Shown: positions 11,696 to 23,850, counted from the first letter of the stretch. The stretch: DNA of 64,000 bases from Camelus dromedarius (GCF_036321535.1 NC_087447.1:37016001-37080000); one strand, 5' to 3'. Numbers and translations: made by a program. The notes: a model not told the origin generated them from the sequence alone.

Positions 11696-11879
11696 TCAGT
11701 TGGGCCCAGACGGTAATTCCCCAACCCAGGGCAGATGGGTTCAGCATTTGTCCCAGGCTCTGCATTCTCACCCGGCACAGCCGGATGGCCTTGCCCTCTC
11801 CACAGCGAGGAGACCGCTCTGGTTTTCCAAACGGGAGACACTGAGCCCCCAGGGCTGACAGTGATCCTGCTTCCCGCCC

Positions 11880-12400
11880 AAAGGTGGATGGTTTGGCTGC
11901 TGAGTTCCCCGAAAATTGGTTCCGCATGTTGCCGACATCAGGCCCGAACGTTTGCTCAGCACACAGCCGTGAGGGCCCTCCGGGGAGGCTGAAACCCCAC
12001 ACCAGCCTCGCCATCCGCCCCCAGCCGCAGGCTGCCAAGCCGCTGCCCGCAGCCAACTCCCAGGGCCAAGCGGTGGGAGAACCGGGCATTGCCAAAGGCA
12101 GGGGCGTCCCGGAGCCCCTCCCGCCCCACCCCCCAGGCGGCGGCCCCGACGCCACCTTGTGGCTCCTTGAGGAACTTCACCAGCATGGCAGCCCCTCTTT
12201 GGTCCTGGCCTGGGGACTGCGAGCGTGTTGCTGGAGGGCTAAATCCGCAAAAGACGGTCCTTCTCCCATTCCAGGAATTCCCGAGGGCAGGGAAATGCGG
12301 TTCCCAGGGCTGGGCTATTTTTAAACGTCAGCATCCGCCATGCAGATGCTCTGTTTATGGCTGATGTTCCAAGACTGCGAGAGGAGCTGTTCATTTAACC
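11880..12400. promoter_or_regulatory. CpG-rich, repeat-free candidate regulatory element
   Basis: CpG density visibly above flanks; GC boxes, four GCCAA half-sites, MCAT/STAT overlap, MEF2 match. Confidence 0.45.
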
Positions 12401-12619
12401 AAAGGCAGATGCTAGAATGGGAGTAATTAGGGTGGGCTGGGCCTGCCTATTCCCAGGCCTGGGCAGCTGGGCAGGGAGAGGGCCCACGGGCCACCCCGGG
12501 GCTGAGGTTTCCACTTGGCAAGGAGACTCAGAGCCCTAACTGGTCTCAGAGGGGCTCTGGCCCTTAGGCCCCTCTGGATGCCTTGGGGAGGTTGAGGGGA
12601 GGCCTCTTACTATTCCCTT

Positions 12620-12800
12620 TTTGATTATTATCAACATTATTGTCAATCACCTTTGCCTAGCAATGGCACTTCATAAAGGGTAAGCATGATTTTTCCCATT
12701 TTGCTGCTGAAGAAGCTGAAACTTGGAGCTATTAAGATACCGATATGTGTTTCCCACGGGCTCCTAGGTCAGTCCTGGTTGTGGCAGGCTGTGCATGAAA
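12620..12800 (-). mobile_element. MIR
   Basis: ttttcccattttgctgctgaagaagctgaaacttgg reverse core. Confidence 0.55.
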
Positions 12801-13679
12801 AGTCTCAGCCCCTAGCCCATCCTGGGGGAGTGGGAGTTAAGGTGGGAGGCAAACTGGGCCTGGGTGAGGACTAACGGGAGATTTCCAACCCCACTGTGTC
12901 TTGAGAACTGATGGCCGCCTCAGTTTCCCTGATTAGCCCTTTGGTTCCCTCAGGGGCCAAGCCCTGGCCTGAACCCTCAGCAGCTGACTTAGTCCTGAGA
13001 CGAGCCAAGCCGTGGTGAGCCCCTGCTGTGTCTGCCGTTGTGCCTGAACCTGGCCTTGAATTCCCGACATGCTGCCTATTACCCCGCCACTGCCAAGAGC
13101 TTCCTGTGTCTGGATCTTCCACCAAGCCCAGCGAGCCCTGGCCCAGGTCAGCCTCCATCTGCCTGCTTATCCTGAATCTAGATCCTTTCTCCTTCCTCTT
13201 ACCCTCTGGGTCTGGTCCCAGCATACTTTGTGCCTGAGATGGGGGCCAGACTTTGACAGGCCTGGAACCCCAAGCCAAAGAGTGTAGCTATTACATGGTG
13301 GCCAGTTGCAGACCCACATGGGCTCCTGTGGGTGTACGCTGGGGGTGCCTACTGAAGACAGGGAGGCAGCTGGAGGCCAATGAAGCAATCTTGGGGTGAA
13401 TGGGGAGCCCCAAGTGAAGAGTAGGTATGTTCTGAAGGGCAGAGCTCACTATGGTCAAGTGTCTAAGAGACAGGCGAGACCTAAGGGGACAGTAAAAGAG
13501 ACCCTTTACTGCACAGACAATGACACTGTAGACCAGATAGGAGAAGACAATTGCCCAGTGTTACACAGCACATGCACTGTGCCATCCCCAAGTCAGCAAG
13601 GGTGTTTGAGCTTCTCGAGGAGCTCTCTTGAGCTCCCTATTTCTCTCAGGAGGCAGCAGAAGGCAAAAGCAATCCTCTG

Positions 13680-13880
13680 GATTGAGGCAGTTCTGGGCAT
13701 CTGTCCCAGTATCCTCATTCATGAGCTGTGTGACCCTGAACAGGTCACTTAACCTCTCTGAGCATAAGTGTTTTTTGCCTTGGGGCAATGCTACCTTCTC
13801 ACAGGACTATTAGGAAGATTTATGAGGTATGGGCCATAAGGGCTCAGCATAACACCTGAGATGTAGCAGGACCTCCACAG
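13680..13880 (+). mobile_element. MIR
   Basis: agctgtgtgaccctgaacaggtcacttaacctctctgagc. Confidence 0.75.
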
Positions 13881-14199
13881 TACCTCTCTTAAATATGTTC
13901 AGTTTTTGAAAGATCCAGAGATCATTAGAAAGAGGCAACAGCTATGGGCCAGAGGGGAGGTGCATGGACAGGGGACAGGAGGCAGCCAGACCGTTGACCC
14001 GGCCCTGAAGTCACCTCTCTAGTCTGGAGGCTGGAAGAACCCATGCACTGGGCAGCGGACTAGGCTCCAGGCCCAAGGAGTCACTCTCCACCACCTCTTG
14101 TGGCTTTTAGAATCCTCCCCCTCACCCCCCTGCACTGCCAGGAAAAGCTGCAAGGCCTTTGAACTGCTCAGGCTCTGGGCTCCTTGCTGGGCTAGGGCT

Positions 14200-14910
14200 G
14201 GGGAGGCAAATATTTGGGCAGCCAGCGGCCGCGTTCGGGGCCTGCTGTCCTTCCCGCTGGATCAGCATGTGCCAGGGGGCCCAGCCGCGCGGACAGCGCC
14301 GCAGCCACGCGTAGGCGGCGGGCGGACGTGAAGTCTGCGGCTCGCAGGCGCCTCCAGAGGAAGCCCCTGGCCCAGGACGGAAAATGCCACTCGGGCCGCA
14401 CAATCCGTCCTGTTGTAATCCCTGGGGCCGGCGTCACCGGGGCCTGTCCGAAAACTGTGCTGTGCAGGGACTGAACTCATACTTGTGTGTCTGCCACGGT
14501 CGCAGGGGGGAGTGGCGGGGGCTGCAGAGAGGCCCGTAAAAACAACCCCAAACGTTTCATTTGCTTTTGCACTTTTTTGCTACAGACCACTTGGCTGCCC
14601 GTGCCAGCTGGGAGCTGGGGCCCAGCAAGAGTGCAGAGTTATGGGGCAGCGCTAAGTGCTCTGTTTGTATGAAACTGCCAAAATGTTAGTACAAAGTGGT
14701 AGGTGTTTGTGCTGCAGATAATAACTGATGGGCTCCCGGGCGGGGAGGCGGACGCCTTGTTATTATGGCCGCGGCTCTTCTGAGAAACGCTGCCGCCGCC
14801 TCCAGAGCAGCGGCAATATTTTTCTGAGCGCACAGGGCCGGCCTGGCAGTTAATGGGCACGCCTGGGCCTCATGAATCAGCCCCGAGAGGGGTGGAGGCC
14901 GGGCCACTGG
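14200..14910. promoter_or_regulatory. CpG island-like region with RE1-like site and enhancer-like motif cluster
   Basis: high GC and CpG, no repeat; GGACAGCGCC at 14291-14300; TAAGTG, AGGTGTT and AGATAA within 14653-14721. Confidence 0.55.
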
Positions 14911-15439
14911 TGTTTATCTGATTCTTGGGGTTTGCTCTGGCTGGCCAAAGCAGCCCATTCCTCAGAACGTTCAGAACCCACTGTGCTGCAGGAGTGGAGG
15001 CTGGTTGGGGATGCCAAGTGCCTGGGTGTCCTGCTCTGGGGAAGCTGAGGCAGCTGTCCTCTCGAGGGGCTCAGTGGCTGGGAACAGGGAGGGGGGGGGC
15101 CCAACCTTGAAGGATGGTTCAGCCTCTGCTGGGAGAGGAAGATTTCCTGAGTGTGAAGGGCTCCTGGGAGGGAGCGGGAAGAGGTACCTGGCTTCTGGTG
15201 TCTGGGGGGCAAGGTTCTGCTTTCCCCAGAGATGTATCCCTCTGACGGGGTTACCTCTCCATTTCTCAAGCTGGAGACAAGCCAGCCCACGGCAGCCTGA
15301 AGGTTCTGTGGTGCTGAGCAGTCCCACCCCTCACACCTTTTGAATGTGTCTTTGTGGGCACACACGCACATAAGACTTTATTCAGCCTGTCCCTAGAGGC
15401 GGGGGTGGGGGAATTAAGGCATTTGTACCATTGGCTAGA

Positions 15440-15860
15440 CATTGATTAATTGATTCATTCAATACACTTACTGGGTGCCCATTTGTACAGTCTGCGAGAT
15501 GTTGATTTAAAGATAGATCCGTTCACACATGTTACCGGTGCCCACTCTTTGCCAGGTTCTTATCTGGACACTAAGGATACATTAGCAAATAAAACCAGAA
15601 AAAATCCCTGTCCTCACTGAGCCTCCATTCTAGCACACGGCGACAGACAAAACACGAATGCACAGGCACGTAGTACATCAAGTGATGAGAAAAGCTAAGA
15701 GGAACAATAAAACCGGTTAAAGAAAAAAAGAAACAGAAAACAGTGGAGCAGGGCAGCTGGGGAGGCAGGGAGATGCCGGGTTAGAGCAGTGAGGTCCTGA
15801 GCGAGGTCCTGCAGCGTGCGGAGTCACGGCTGAGATGGAAGAGAAGTGTAGGAAGTGCTG
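15440..15860 (-). mobile_element. LINE L2 3' fragment
   Basis: attcattcaatacacttactgggtgccc ... aaaatccctgtcctcactgagcctccattctag. Confidence 0.75.
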
Positions 15861-15884
15861 GCTTCTGCTGCTGATGGAGAAGCT

Positions 15885-16108
15885 GGCTGGCCTGGGAGCT
15901 GGGCAGAGCCACCTTGGATCCTGCCACCCTGCTCTTACTGACTAGTGATTTGCAGCAACTTACTTCACTTCTTTTAGCTTTGGTTTCCTCATTCCCTATA
16001 GGGATTTTGTGAACATTAAAGACAAAATTTCTCTCTATAAAAAACACATAATGCCTTTAACACAATGCCTGGCACAAACAGCTCTTTATAAATGGCTAAG
16101 CAACTACT
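15885..16108 (+). mobile_element. MIR
   Basis: gcaacttacttcacttc ... ggtttcctcat ... acaatgcctggcaca. Confidence 0.7.
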
Positions 16109-16859
16109 GGCATTCAGCTTTTCTCCTCCGCACAAGGGCCCTGGGAGAGGGGAGTGTCGTCCCCAGCATCCCTGCTGCCAGAGGCCATGTTTGGCCCTTA
16201 TCGTGGACCAGTCAGGCTTCAGTAGGGCTCTGCAGCTCTCTGTGAGGGACTCCTGAGCCCCTGGATCTGTCTCCCTGGACACACACCTTGCCAGCTCTGG
16301 TGTCCTCGAGTCCCTGAATCTGCCAAACTGCCCACGGAGGGGGAGGAAGTCCTTGCGCCTCAGCTCTGAGCTTTGTGCCCCGTTCCCAGCTCGCTCTCGG
16401 TCATTGCTTTTGCAGATGGGGAAGCCTGTGGTGGCAAAAACTAGCGAAGTGTCCGGAAAGTCATTTTTGCTCTAGCTGGTGCAAGGTGGGGTGACTGAGG
16501 ACAGGACCTCCAGGGCCGGGGGAGGCCTGCTGGGCAGACACGTGTCTGTAGCTATTGGGGGCCCTCCTTTGCTGATGCTTGTATTGATTCCTGCCTCTGT
16601 CCTTTAACGGCTGGTGCAGGCTTCTCATCTGAGAGCAGGGAGGGGGATGCTCCCGACTGCACTCTGCACTTGATGTGTGTGAGACCGTGTGTATTTGCTG
16701 GGTTCTCTGACCTGGTGTCTCTGAGCATAGCCTCTGAAAAATCATCACAAATTCAACACACATGCCAATCTAGAAAACTACCAGCAAGGCCATTTTCAGT
16801 CCGAGAAGTTCCTTACCCCCCTGAAGTGTGGAAAGAGAGGGATGGTGTGGAAGAGACTG

Positions 16860-17296
16860 AAAACGGCCCTCCAATGTCTGTCCTTCTTTTTCAATAGTAG
16901 TAGAATTTTCAGCTGGGTATGTGGCTGCGCATCTAAAGCCTGTAGCTCCAGTCTGCACTGTAACAAGGTGTGCTCATACAGCTAGGTTCCGTCCAGTGGG
17001 ACTGAGTGGAAGGCGTGTGAAGAGTTTCTGGACGGTGCCTTGGAGGGGGAGGGGGAGCCCTCGCTCCTCCAGCTTGCTTCCTGGAACATGGAGCCATTTG
17101 AACCAGATGGTGAGGGCAAGGCCCATGGGTTGGCAGAGCAGCAGATGAAAGAATCCTGGGCCACTGATGTGATAGAGCCCTGACAACAAGCCTGGGTTGA
17201 TGGTTACATGAAAGAGAAATACACTCTTTCTTAACTTAAGCTACTGTCATTTTGAGGTTTTGTTGCAACAGCTGAATGTCTATCCTACTTAATACA
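16860..17296 (+). mobile_element. MaLR solo LTR (MLT1J-like)
   Basis: ggcagagcagcagatgaaagaatcctggg ... gagaaatacactctttcttaacttaagctactg ... tcctacttaataca. Confidence 0.8.
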
Positions 17297-17439
17297 GATA
17301 GGATTTGTGGGTCCCTTGGCCATCCCCAAAAAGCCAATGCTCAAGAGAAGCTGCTGAGCCAGAGACCAGAGCTTCCTCCTGGACTGAAAAATCCTAATGC
17401 TGCCAAGAGCATCTTCTTCCTTTGACACCAGCACATCCC

Positions 17440-17600
17440 TCTCTGTGGAGCACGTCACAGAAGCCTCAGGGGGTGCACTGTAGACGGGGCTCAGAAGGGT
17501 GAAGAGATGTGTCCAAGATCACATGCAAGTGAGGGACAGAGCCCAAATCAGAACGCAGGATGTCTGATTCCTAATCCAGGCCTCTTTCCCCTATGGCAGA
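17440..17600 (-). mobile_element. MIR
   Basis: ggctcagaagggtgaagagatgtgtccaagatcacatgcaagtgagggacagagcc. Confidence 0.6.
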
Positions 17601-17959
17601 GCTTCCCATCCGTCTATAAAACTATAAATAACGTGTGAAGTATGTGCGTGTGTGTGTATGTCTGCGTGTGGTGCAGAGGGGAGGAGAGGAGAGCTAGAAT
17701 CCTGCTGTAGTCTTTAATCCAGAACATCAAAGTAGCAGGCTGGGGGCAGGCGCTCCTTCCAGGGACAGCTGGAGGAATCACACTTGCTGAACCCAGCCTG
17801 CTGCCCTTTGCCCTCTCACCTGTAGCTTCTGTCCTTTGGCCTCAGATACGCCTTCAGGAACGGGAGGTGTTCCCGCAGGGAGCTAGAGGTACAATTCTGC
17901 AGGGACTGTGTTTAGGGACCCAACAGTAGGCATCTCCCTAGGGATGAGGAGATGGCCAA

Positions 17960-18110
17960 AGTAATCCAAGAAGCCAACTCTGGCCCCTTCATCTGCAAAT
18001 TGGCAGTGATACCACCGACCTCACTGGGTTTCCGTGAGAATTTAAGGAATGTTGCACATCGGGGTGCTCTGTAAAGGAAGAGCTGTCCCAGCGCGCATGA
18101 GCCGAGTTAA
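17960..18110 (+). mobile_element. MIR
   Basis: cttcatctgcaaattggcagtgataccaccgacctcactgggtttccgtgagaatttaa. Confidence 0.6.
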
Positions 18111-18399
18111 AAAGACGAGAAAGCCAAGGGCTTGTCTGATTTGTACTGAATTCAGAAAACTGGAAATAGCTGATGTAACTACAAAAGGTGTGTCCCTTCC
18201 AAGCATCCTGGCTGTGTCACACGTCTGGGCAGCATCCAAGGGGCTGGAGTGGAGGTGGGAGCTTGGAGCCCTCAGTTACTGCAGGACCTTGCAGGAGTCA
18301 GTGTCTCATTGTCTTCAATGTCTCCTCTGCAAGAATCTCCTGGCTGGAGATCCACTCTGAGATGATCATTTCAAAAAACCTGTTAATTCTGTTTATATA

Positions 18400-18550
18400 T
18401 TTTCTAAATTGTTGGAGTAGGACTTTTCCTATTCCTGTGTTGCACTTTTATATCTCTTTTCATGAGTGAGATTGGCCAGCAATTTCTTTTTTCTGACTGT
18501 TCTTTCGTGGGTTTGGTAACGATGTTATACTTCAGAGAATGAGTCGGGCG
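18400..18550 (-). mobile_element. L1M ORF2 fragment
   Basis: ttcatgagtgagattggccagcaatttcttttt ... ggtttggtaacgatgttatac ... agaatgagt. Confidence 0.6.
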
Positions 18551-19698
18551 TGTGGCAGAGTGCCGGCTGGTCTTCCAGCTCTGATCTCTGCATGCTCCTG
18601 GACTGGATTGCCCAGCCAGAGATGACATTCTCAGCCTCCATCGAGTCGAATGCGGCCCATCCACGTGATTAAATGAGCACCAGTAAATGTGAGTTTAAAA
18701 TAAAATTGCCCTGGACGTTTTCTCTTTCTGCAAGCTGGCAGATAAATGTGTCCATGGCCAAACTTCACCCGCGCAGATGAGGACAACGTCGTAAGGAAGG
18801 TTCAGGCGTCGACTTGGGAGAGACTGCCACCCCTGAATAACGTGGGAAAGCAGGTCTGCCTGGCTGGCCTGGGCAGGCTGGTAGTGGCTGTTTTGGTTGT
18901 TTGGGTATCTTTTCGTTACTGACTTATACCTTAATTACACAATAGGAATGTGTTTGCAATTGGTTGAGAACTACTTTATAGCTTAACATGTGTTTTTTTT
19001 TTTTTTCAATAAATGTTCTTTATGTGCTTGAAAAGATATGCACCAGCCAATTACTGGGTATAGAGTTTTAATAAAGCTAGTTAATTAGGTTGTTCCAATG
19101 TCAGTATCTTTCCCAAATTTTTCTTCACTTCATCTGTCAGTGGAGAGATGTGTTGAACTCTCCCACTATAAAGGCAACTTTTCATTTTTTTCTCTATATA
19201 TCCAACAAGTTTAAAGTTACTTTATTAGGTGAATGTAAATTAATAGCCTGTATAACTCCCTGGAGAGTAAACCTGTTAAGAAGTAATGACTTTAGTGCTC
19301 TTTGTCTTAAAGTCTATTTTTATATCAATACAGCTATCCCAGATTTATTTAGTTAAATTTGATCTAGTATTTTTTTTATCCTTTTACTTGCAACCTTTTC
19401 ACGTCTTTGGGTTTTCGATTTATTTCTTTGAAATAGCTTACAGTTATATTTTTTACCCAGGATGATAAGCTCTATATTTTAATGGGTGACTTTAGTCCTT
19501 TTATATTTGTTGTGTTTGTTGATATATCTATATTTGCTTCTTGCAGTGCCTCACCTTTTCTTTACATCTTTTCTCTTGCTTTATTTTTCTTGCTAAAATA
19601 TGGTTATTGTTGGTTTAACTTTAAACATTACATTTTTGTAACTTAACATTTAATTTTTATTATTTTGTATATTGCATTTGCTTTTTACCTTGCACACT

Positions 19699-19789
19699 TA
19701 ACATTCATTAAATAATATCTTCTCAACAGGACAGGAAAATTAAATAATAACATTCATTAAATAATGTCTCTTCTCAACAGGACAGGAAA
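19699..19789. repeat. Tandem duplication of ~40 bp with a 9-bp spacer
   Basis: copies at 19699-19738 and 19748-19789. Confidence 0.9.
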
Positions 19790-21199
19790 CGACAAAAGAA
19801 AGTTCAGATGCTTTAACACAGTCACCCTTCTCCTGAGTGACATGGCTTTGTCACTGAGTATTTTAGGTCTGCCTTTTTGAAACCTCATATTTGCATATTT
19901 TTATACTGTTATTGTTGTTGTGATTATTATGATTATATTCAGCACAGAGATAACGTCTGGTTTGTGTTTACCTACACATTTACCAATTTCTTCGTTCTTT
20001 CTTGCGCTTCTGGGACCATGTTCCTTCTTCTGAAGCTCACTATTTAGAAGTTCTTTTAGGGAAGGTCATTGATTGTAAAGGTTATTGATTGTAAACTCAG
20101 CTTTTGTTTATCTGAATATAATGTCTTTATTTTGCCCTCATCCTTGAAATGAGTTTCTAGTGTTTATTTGGTTTGGGTTTTTTGTTCTTGGCTAGTTTTT
20201 CTCCCGTCACTTTGATGGTCATATTCCACTGTGTTCTGGCTTCCATTTCTGTTGAGGATTTTGCTGTCAGTCTAACTGTCACTCCTTTGAAGAAGATCTG
20301 ATTTGCTGCTCTCTTGCTGTTTTTAGGAGCTTTTCTTTGTCATTGGTTCTTCTGCTTGCTCACTACTGTAATTGTGGATGTATTTATTTAGACTTGTTAG
20401 ATATATTTATGTTTCTGCATCTGTAGATTCATAATTTTCATCAGTCCTTGAAACCTCAGCCATTACTTCTTTGAGTATTGGCTCCCTGTCATTTCCTGTT
20501 GCTCCTCCTCATCTCGCCCTTCGTGTCTCTTACCCCGTCACAGCTTCCATCTTCCCCTCTGAGCTACATTCTCATTCTCATTAATTTCTTTAGCTCTATC
20601 TTCCAGATCACCAGTTCTCTATTCAGTGGTGTCTAACCTGCTGTTTAACTCAGCCACTGAATTTTTAATTTCAAAAATTTTATTTTTGTGCTTTTATAAG
20701 TTCTGTGTTACTCATTTTCTTATTTGTCGGGCTATTTTGATAGTTTCTTGGTCCCGGCACATTTTTAGCTCCATATTTTAGCTCTTTATTTATTTAACAT
20801 AGGGTTATTTCATATAGGGGTATGGTGTACTGCGTATTACAATTCCAACATCTAAAGCATTTGAAGGTCTGAATCTGTCATTCAGCAGATTCTCAGCCAT
20901 TTCAGATATGTTTGATAGTTTCTATTGTGAGCTCATTTTGAATTGAGCTTATCCGAGAATCCCATCAGACCTAGATTGGTAGGTTATTTTTTCAGAGAGA
21001 ACTGATCTATGCTTCTGCTGAGAGCGGAGGAGCTCTAGAGATCTGGATCCACTTTGATCCCCTTCATAGGTCCCCTGATCAAAGCTGAAGTCTTGGTCGG
21101 ACCCCAGACCTTGCAGGGCTTAGTCTCCTTATCACAGTGTTGACATTTGCCTCAAGGAAACCCTGCCTTTTACATGTGAGTTTCAGTTTGCTGGTCGTG

Positions 21200-21238
21200 C
21201 TCTCTCTCTCTCTCTCTCTCTTTTTTTTTTTTTTTTTT
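21200..21238. repeat. (CT)n followed by poly(T)
   Basis: direct read. Confidence 0.9.
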
Positions 21239-22224
21239 GTCCATATCAGTTCATGGAAATTTCTCTTAATTTCTAGGGAATCCAGCAATACATAAAAATT
21301 CTGTTTGTTGTAATTAGTGCAGGATCCAATGGGAGAGCTTTTCAGAGTTTACTGGGGCCTTACTGCCAGACAGAGAAGCTGCACACAAATTCCACGCTCT
21401 AACTGAGCCCCTTTCGTTGGAACAGGACAGTCAGGCCAGGACATTAGAAACCACTGGGCTGGGGACAGGGCAGGGTCCTGAGTGCTGGGTGGTTCAGACA
21501 TAGGTCTTACCTGATGGACAGAGGCACTTCCTGGGTGAGGTCAGCATTGAGGGAAGGACCAGATAGCAGGTCTGAAGGGAGACGGAGGGGCTGAAGGCAA
21601 GACCTGCTACAAGGGGCTGGTATCTCTGGAATTGGGCCAGGACAGAAAGGCTCTGAGGCAATAAGGGTTGTTCCTCTTGGTGATGAGCTTGCTACACAGT
21701 CCTGGGGTGGGACACCAGGTTTAAAGAGGCAGGGACCAGCCACGCAAATGTGCTTCTATGGATACCGAGGAGACCTGACTAGCACCTGTCCATGGGCATC
21801 TGATCAGCCCGTGAGCACCCCCAGGCAGTGCTATAGGATTTCAGAAGGGAACGAGGTCCTCATGGGCCAGAAAGGCATGCCAGGCTCTCCTCTCCGCACA
21901 TCATTGCTCCATCTGTTCCCTTTGCCTATGATGATCTCGCCTCCATTTCTACCCTGATGCCTCCTACACATCCTTCAACGTCCAGCTCAGTGGCCACCCT
22001 CCAGTGAAGAGGTCTGACTATCCTGGGTTGTTGGTGGCTCCCTCTTGTGTGACCCATTGTGCTGGCAACATCCCTCTCTTACCTGCTTATCTCAGTGGTT
22101 ACAAAGTATCTCCTGCTCTGCTGGCTCCTCACCAGACTCCCAGGCAGAAACCAGTCTTACTCACTTCTGTGTCTCAGACCAGCAGCAAAGCCGCGGCTGC
22201 GAGTGTGGACTCTGCAACCAGAGG

Positions 22225-22400
22225 CCAACCCCTCTAGGTAATGCTGGGTCACGCTGGCACAATTGCTTAACACCTCTGTGTGTACCTCAGGTCCCTCATC
22301 CAAAAAATGGACCTAAAATACTACTTCTTGAAATCACTGCTGCAAAAGTTTAAAGAATCAACATTTGCCAGGCGCTTAGGAGGCGCAGTGCGTGCTGTCT
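22225..22400 (+). mobile_element. MIR
   Basis: acctctgtgtgtacctcaggtccctcatccaaaaaatgg. Confidence 0.65.
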
Positions 22401-22499
22401 GCCATCCTCCCGCATCAGCACCGCGCGCACAGCGGCGGGCAAGGGCACCAGGAACAACCCAAGTTGGTCCTTTTAGGCAGAGTCAGGTGTAGCCAGAAG

Positions 22500-22900
22500 A
22501 GGAAGCATATTTGTGGCAGGGATTTCCACACTGTAGGAAATCGAAACGCACTCGATCTAGTTCCGGTACAAGGAAGGGCGGCCGGGCTTGCCGGATGTGA
22601 AGGGGCGAGATCCGGCCTCCCCGCCGCAGTCGCTTTCTCTCACGCTCGGCTCCTGCCTGCGCCTTGTTCTCCTCTCCGCAGGGCCGCGTGTTCCCGCAGC
22701 TGGGGCTCGTGCGCGGCTCCGGTGTGAGCTCCAGTGCCAACGGGTGCTGGAGCCCTGGAGCCTGATCCTGCAGGGCCCCAAATCCAGATCCGCCAGGGAA
22801 ATGTTCTGATTGTCCCAGCTTCCCTAGGAGCTGCGGCTCTGCAGCAGTGAGGACACGCCAGGGAGAACAGGGGGTGTTAACCTGGTCCTCACATGGCACA
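22500..22900 (-). mobile_element. MaLR solo LTR (MLT1K/L-like), unusually CpG-rich
   Basis: tgtaggaaatcgaaacgcactcgatctagtt ... tttctctcacgctcggctcctgcc ... ccagggaaatgttctgattgtcccagctt ... cacatggc is collinear with reverse MLT1K/L. Confidence 0.5.
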
Positions 22901-23399
22901 GGAGGTCATGGTGAGGCAGGCCCTTGTGGATGTCCCTCATTGACAGAGGGATGGCGCGAGCAGAGCCAGGATCGCACCCTAGGAGAGGCCAATGGAGCAC
23001 AAAGCACTGTAGAGGATCTGTCCCTGGGCCTCCCAGGCAGCCCGCGGAGCTGGGAGCTGGGAGCAGGCCAGGTGGACCCAGGTCAGAGAGGAGGGCCTCC
23101 TGGTCCTTTGTGTTGGGGCAGGGTTGCACCTTGGCCTTTCTGGAGCCCACCCTCTGGCTTGGGGACTGAGAAACTCTGGGTGCCATCAGAGGGACAACCA
23201 CACAGCGTGTGTGAGCAGCTGCAGAGGCAGCTCCAGGGCTTGTCACGGAAGCGTCATCCCTGACACCGCCACAGCCAGGGGCTGCCTGAATGCCAGATGC
23301 GTCATTGGCGTGTCACCGAGCCTCTGGCCTCCGAGCTGCTGAAGTAGCTGCCGTGGCCAACCCGGCTCTGGGCCCCCCCTTCAGCACTTCAGCCTCTTC

Positions 23400-23630
23400 A
23401 GATCCAATGCCTGTTTAGTGGAGGCTGCATGTGGCAGGCCACACACGCCTGAAGTTCAGACATTAACCTGCGGTGTTTATGGCAGCGATGATTATTTCCA
23501 TCATTCAGAGGAACACACTGAGAACCAGAGGGTGCAGGGGTTGCCTGAGGTCACAGAGCTCCTAAGCAGCAGAGCTGTGATTTGGACAGAATCTCATAAA
23601 CACAAGTTGTGCTTTATTCCCACGCTGCCA
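23400..23630 (-). mobile_element. MIR
   Basis: cactgagaaccagagggtgcaggggttgcctgaggtcacagagct. Confidence 0.7.
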
Positions 23631-23689
23631 CCGACGGGCAAGGGCTGGAGGCCACCTGCCCTCAGTAATCACCTTTTCAGTTCACTTCA

Positions 23690-23850
23690 GCTTTTTCGTT
23701 AAACAGGACATGTTTTCTGAGCAGGCACTGTGTGTTATACATGAGCATCATGCTGGATACGAAGGTAAATCAAATGTGAATCTTGCTTTCAAGTAACTCA
23801 CAATCTATTATTTGCCAAGCTTGCAAAGGAAATGTGCAAAATCCATAAGA
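23690..23850 (-). mobile_element. LINE L2 3' fragment
   Basis: tgagcaggcactgtgtg ... gctggatacgaaggtaaatcaa ... tcttgctttcaagtaactcacaatcta. Confidence 0.6.

Larger units (their letters stand above)
18940..21370 (-). mobile_element. Ancient L1M (L1ME-like), ORF2 5' part through ORF1/5' region, decayed
   Basis: 2.4-kb T-rich block; gagagatgtgttgaactctcccactata (reverse EN region), tattccactgtgttctggcttcc ... gctgtcagtctaa, agtggtgtctaacctgctgtttaa. Confidence 0.8.

Noticed and set aside
22414..22436. Second RE1-like site ATCAGCACC-gcgc-GCACAGCGGC
   Set aside because: Spacer is 4 bp rather than the canonical 2, and the right half has a mismatch in the GGACAG core.
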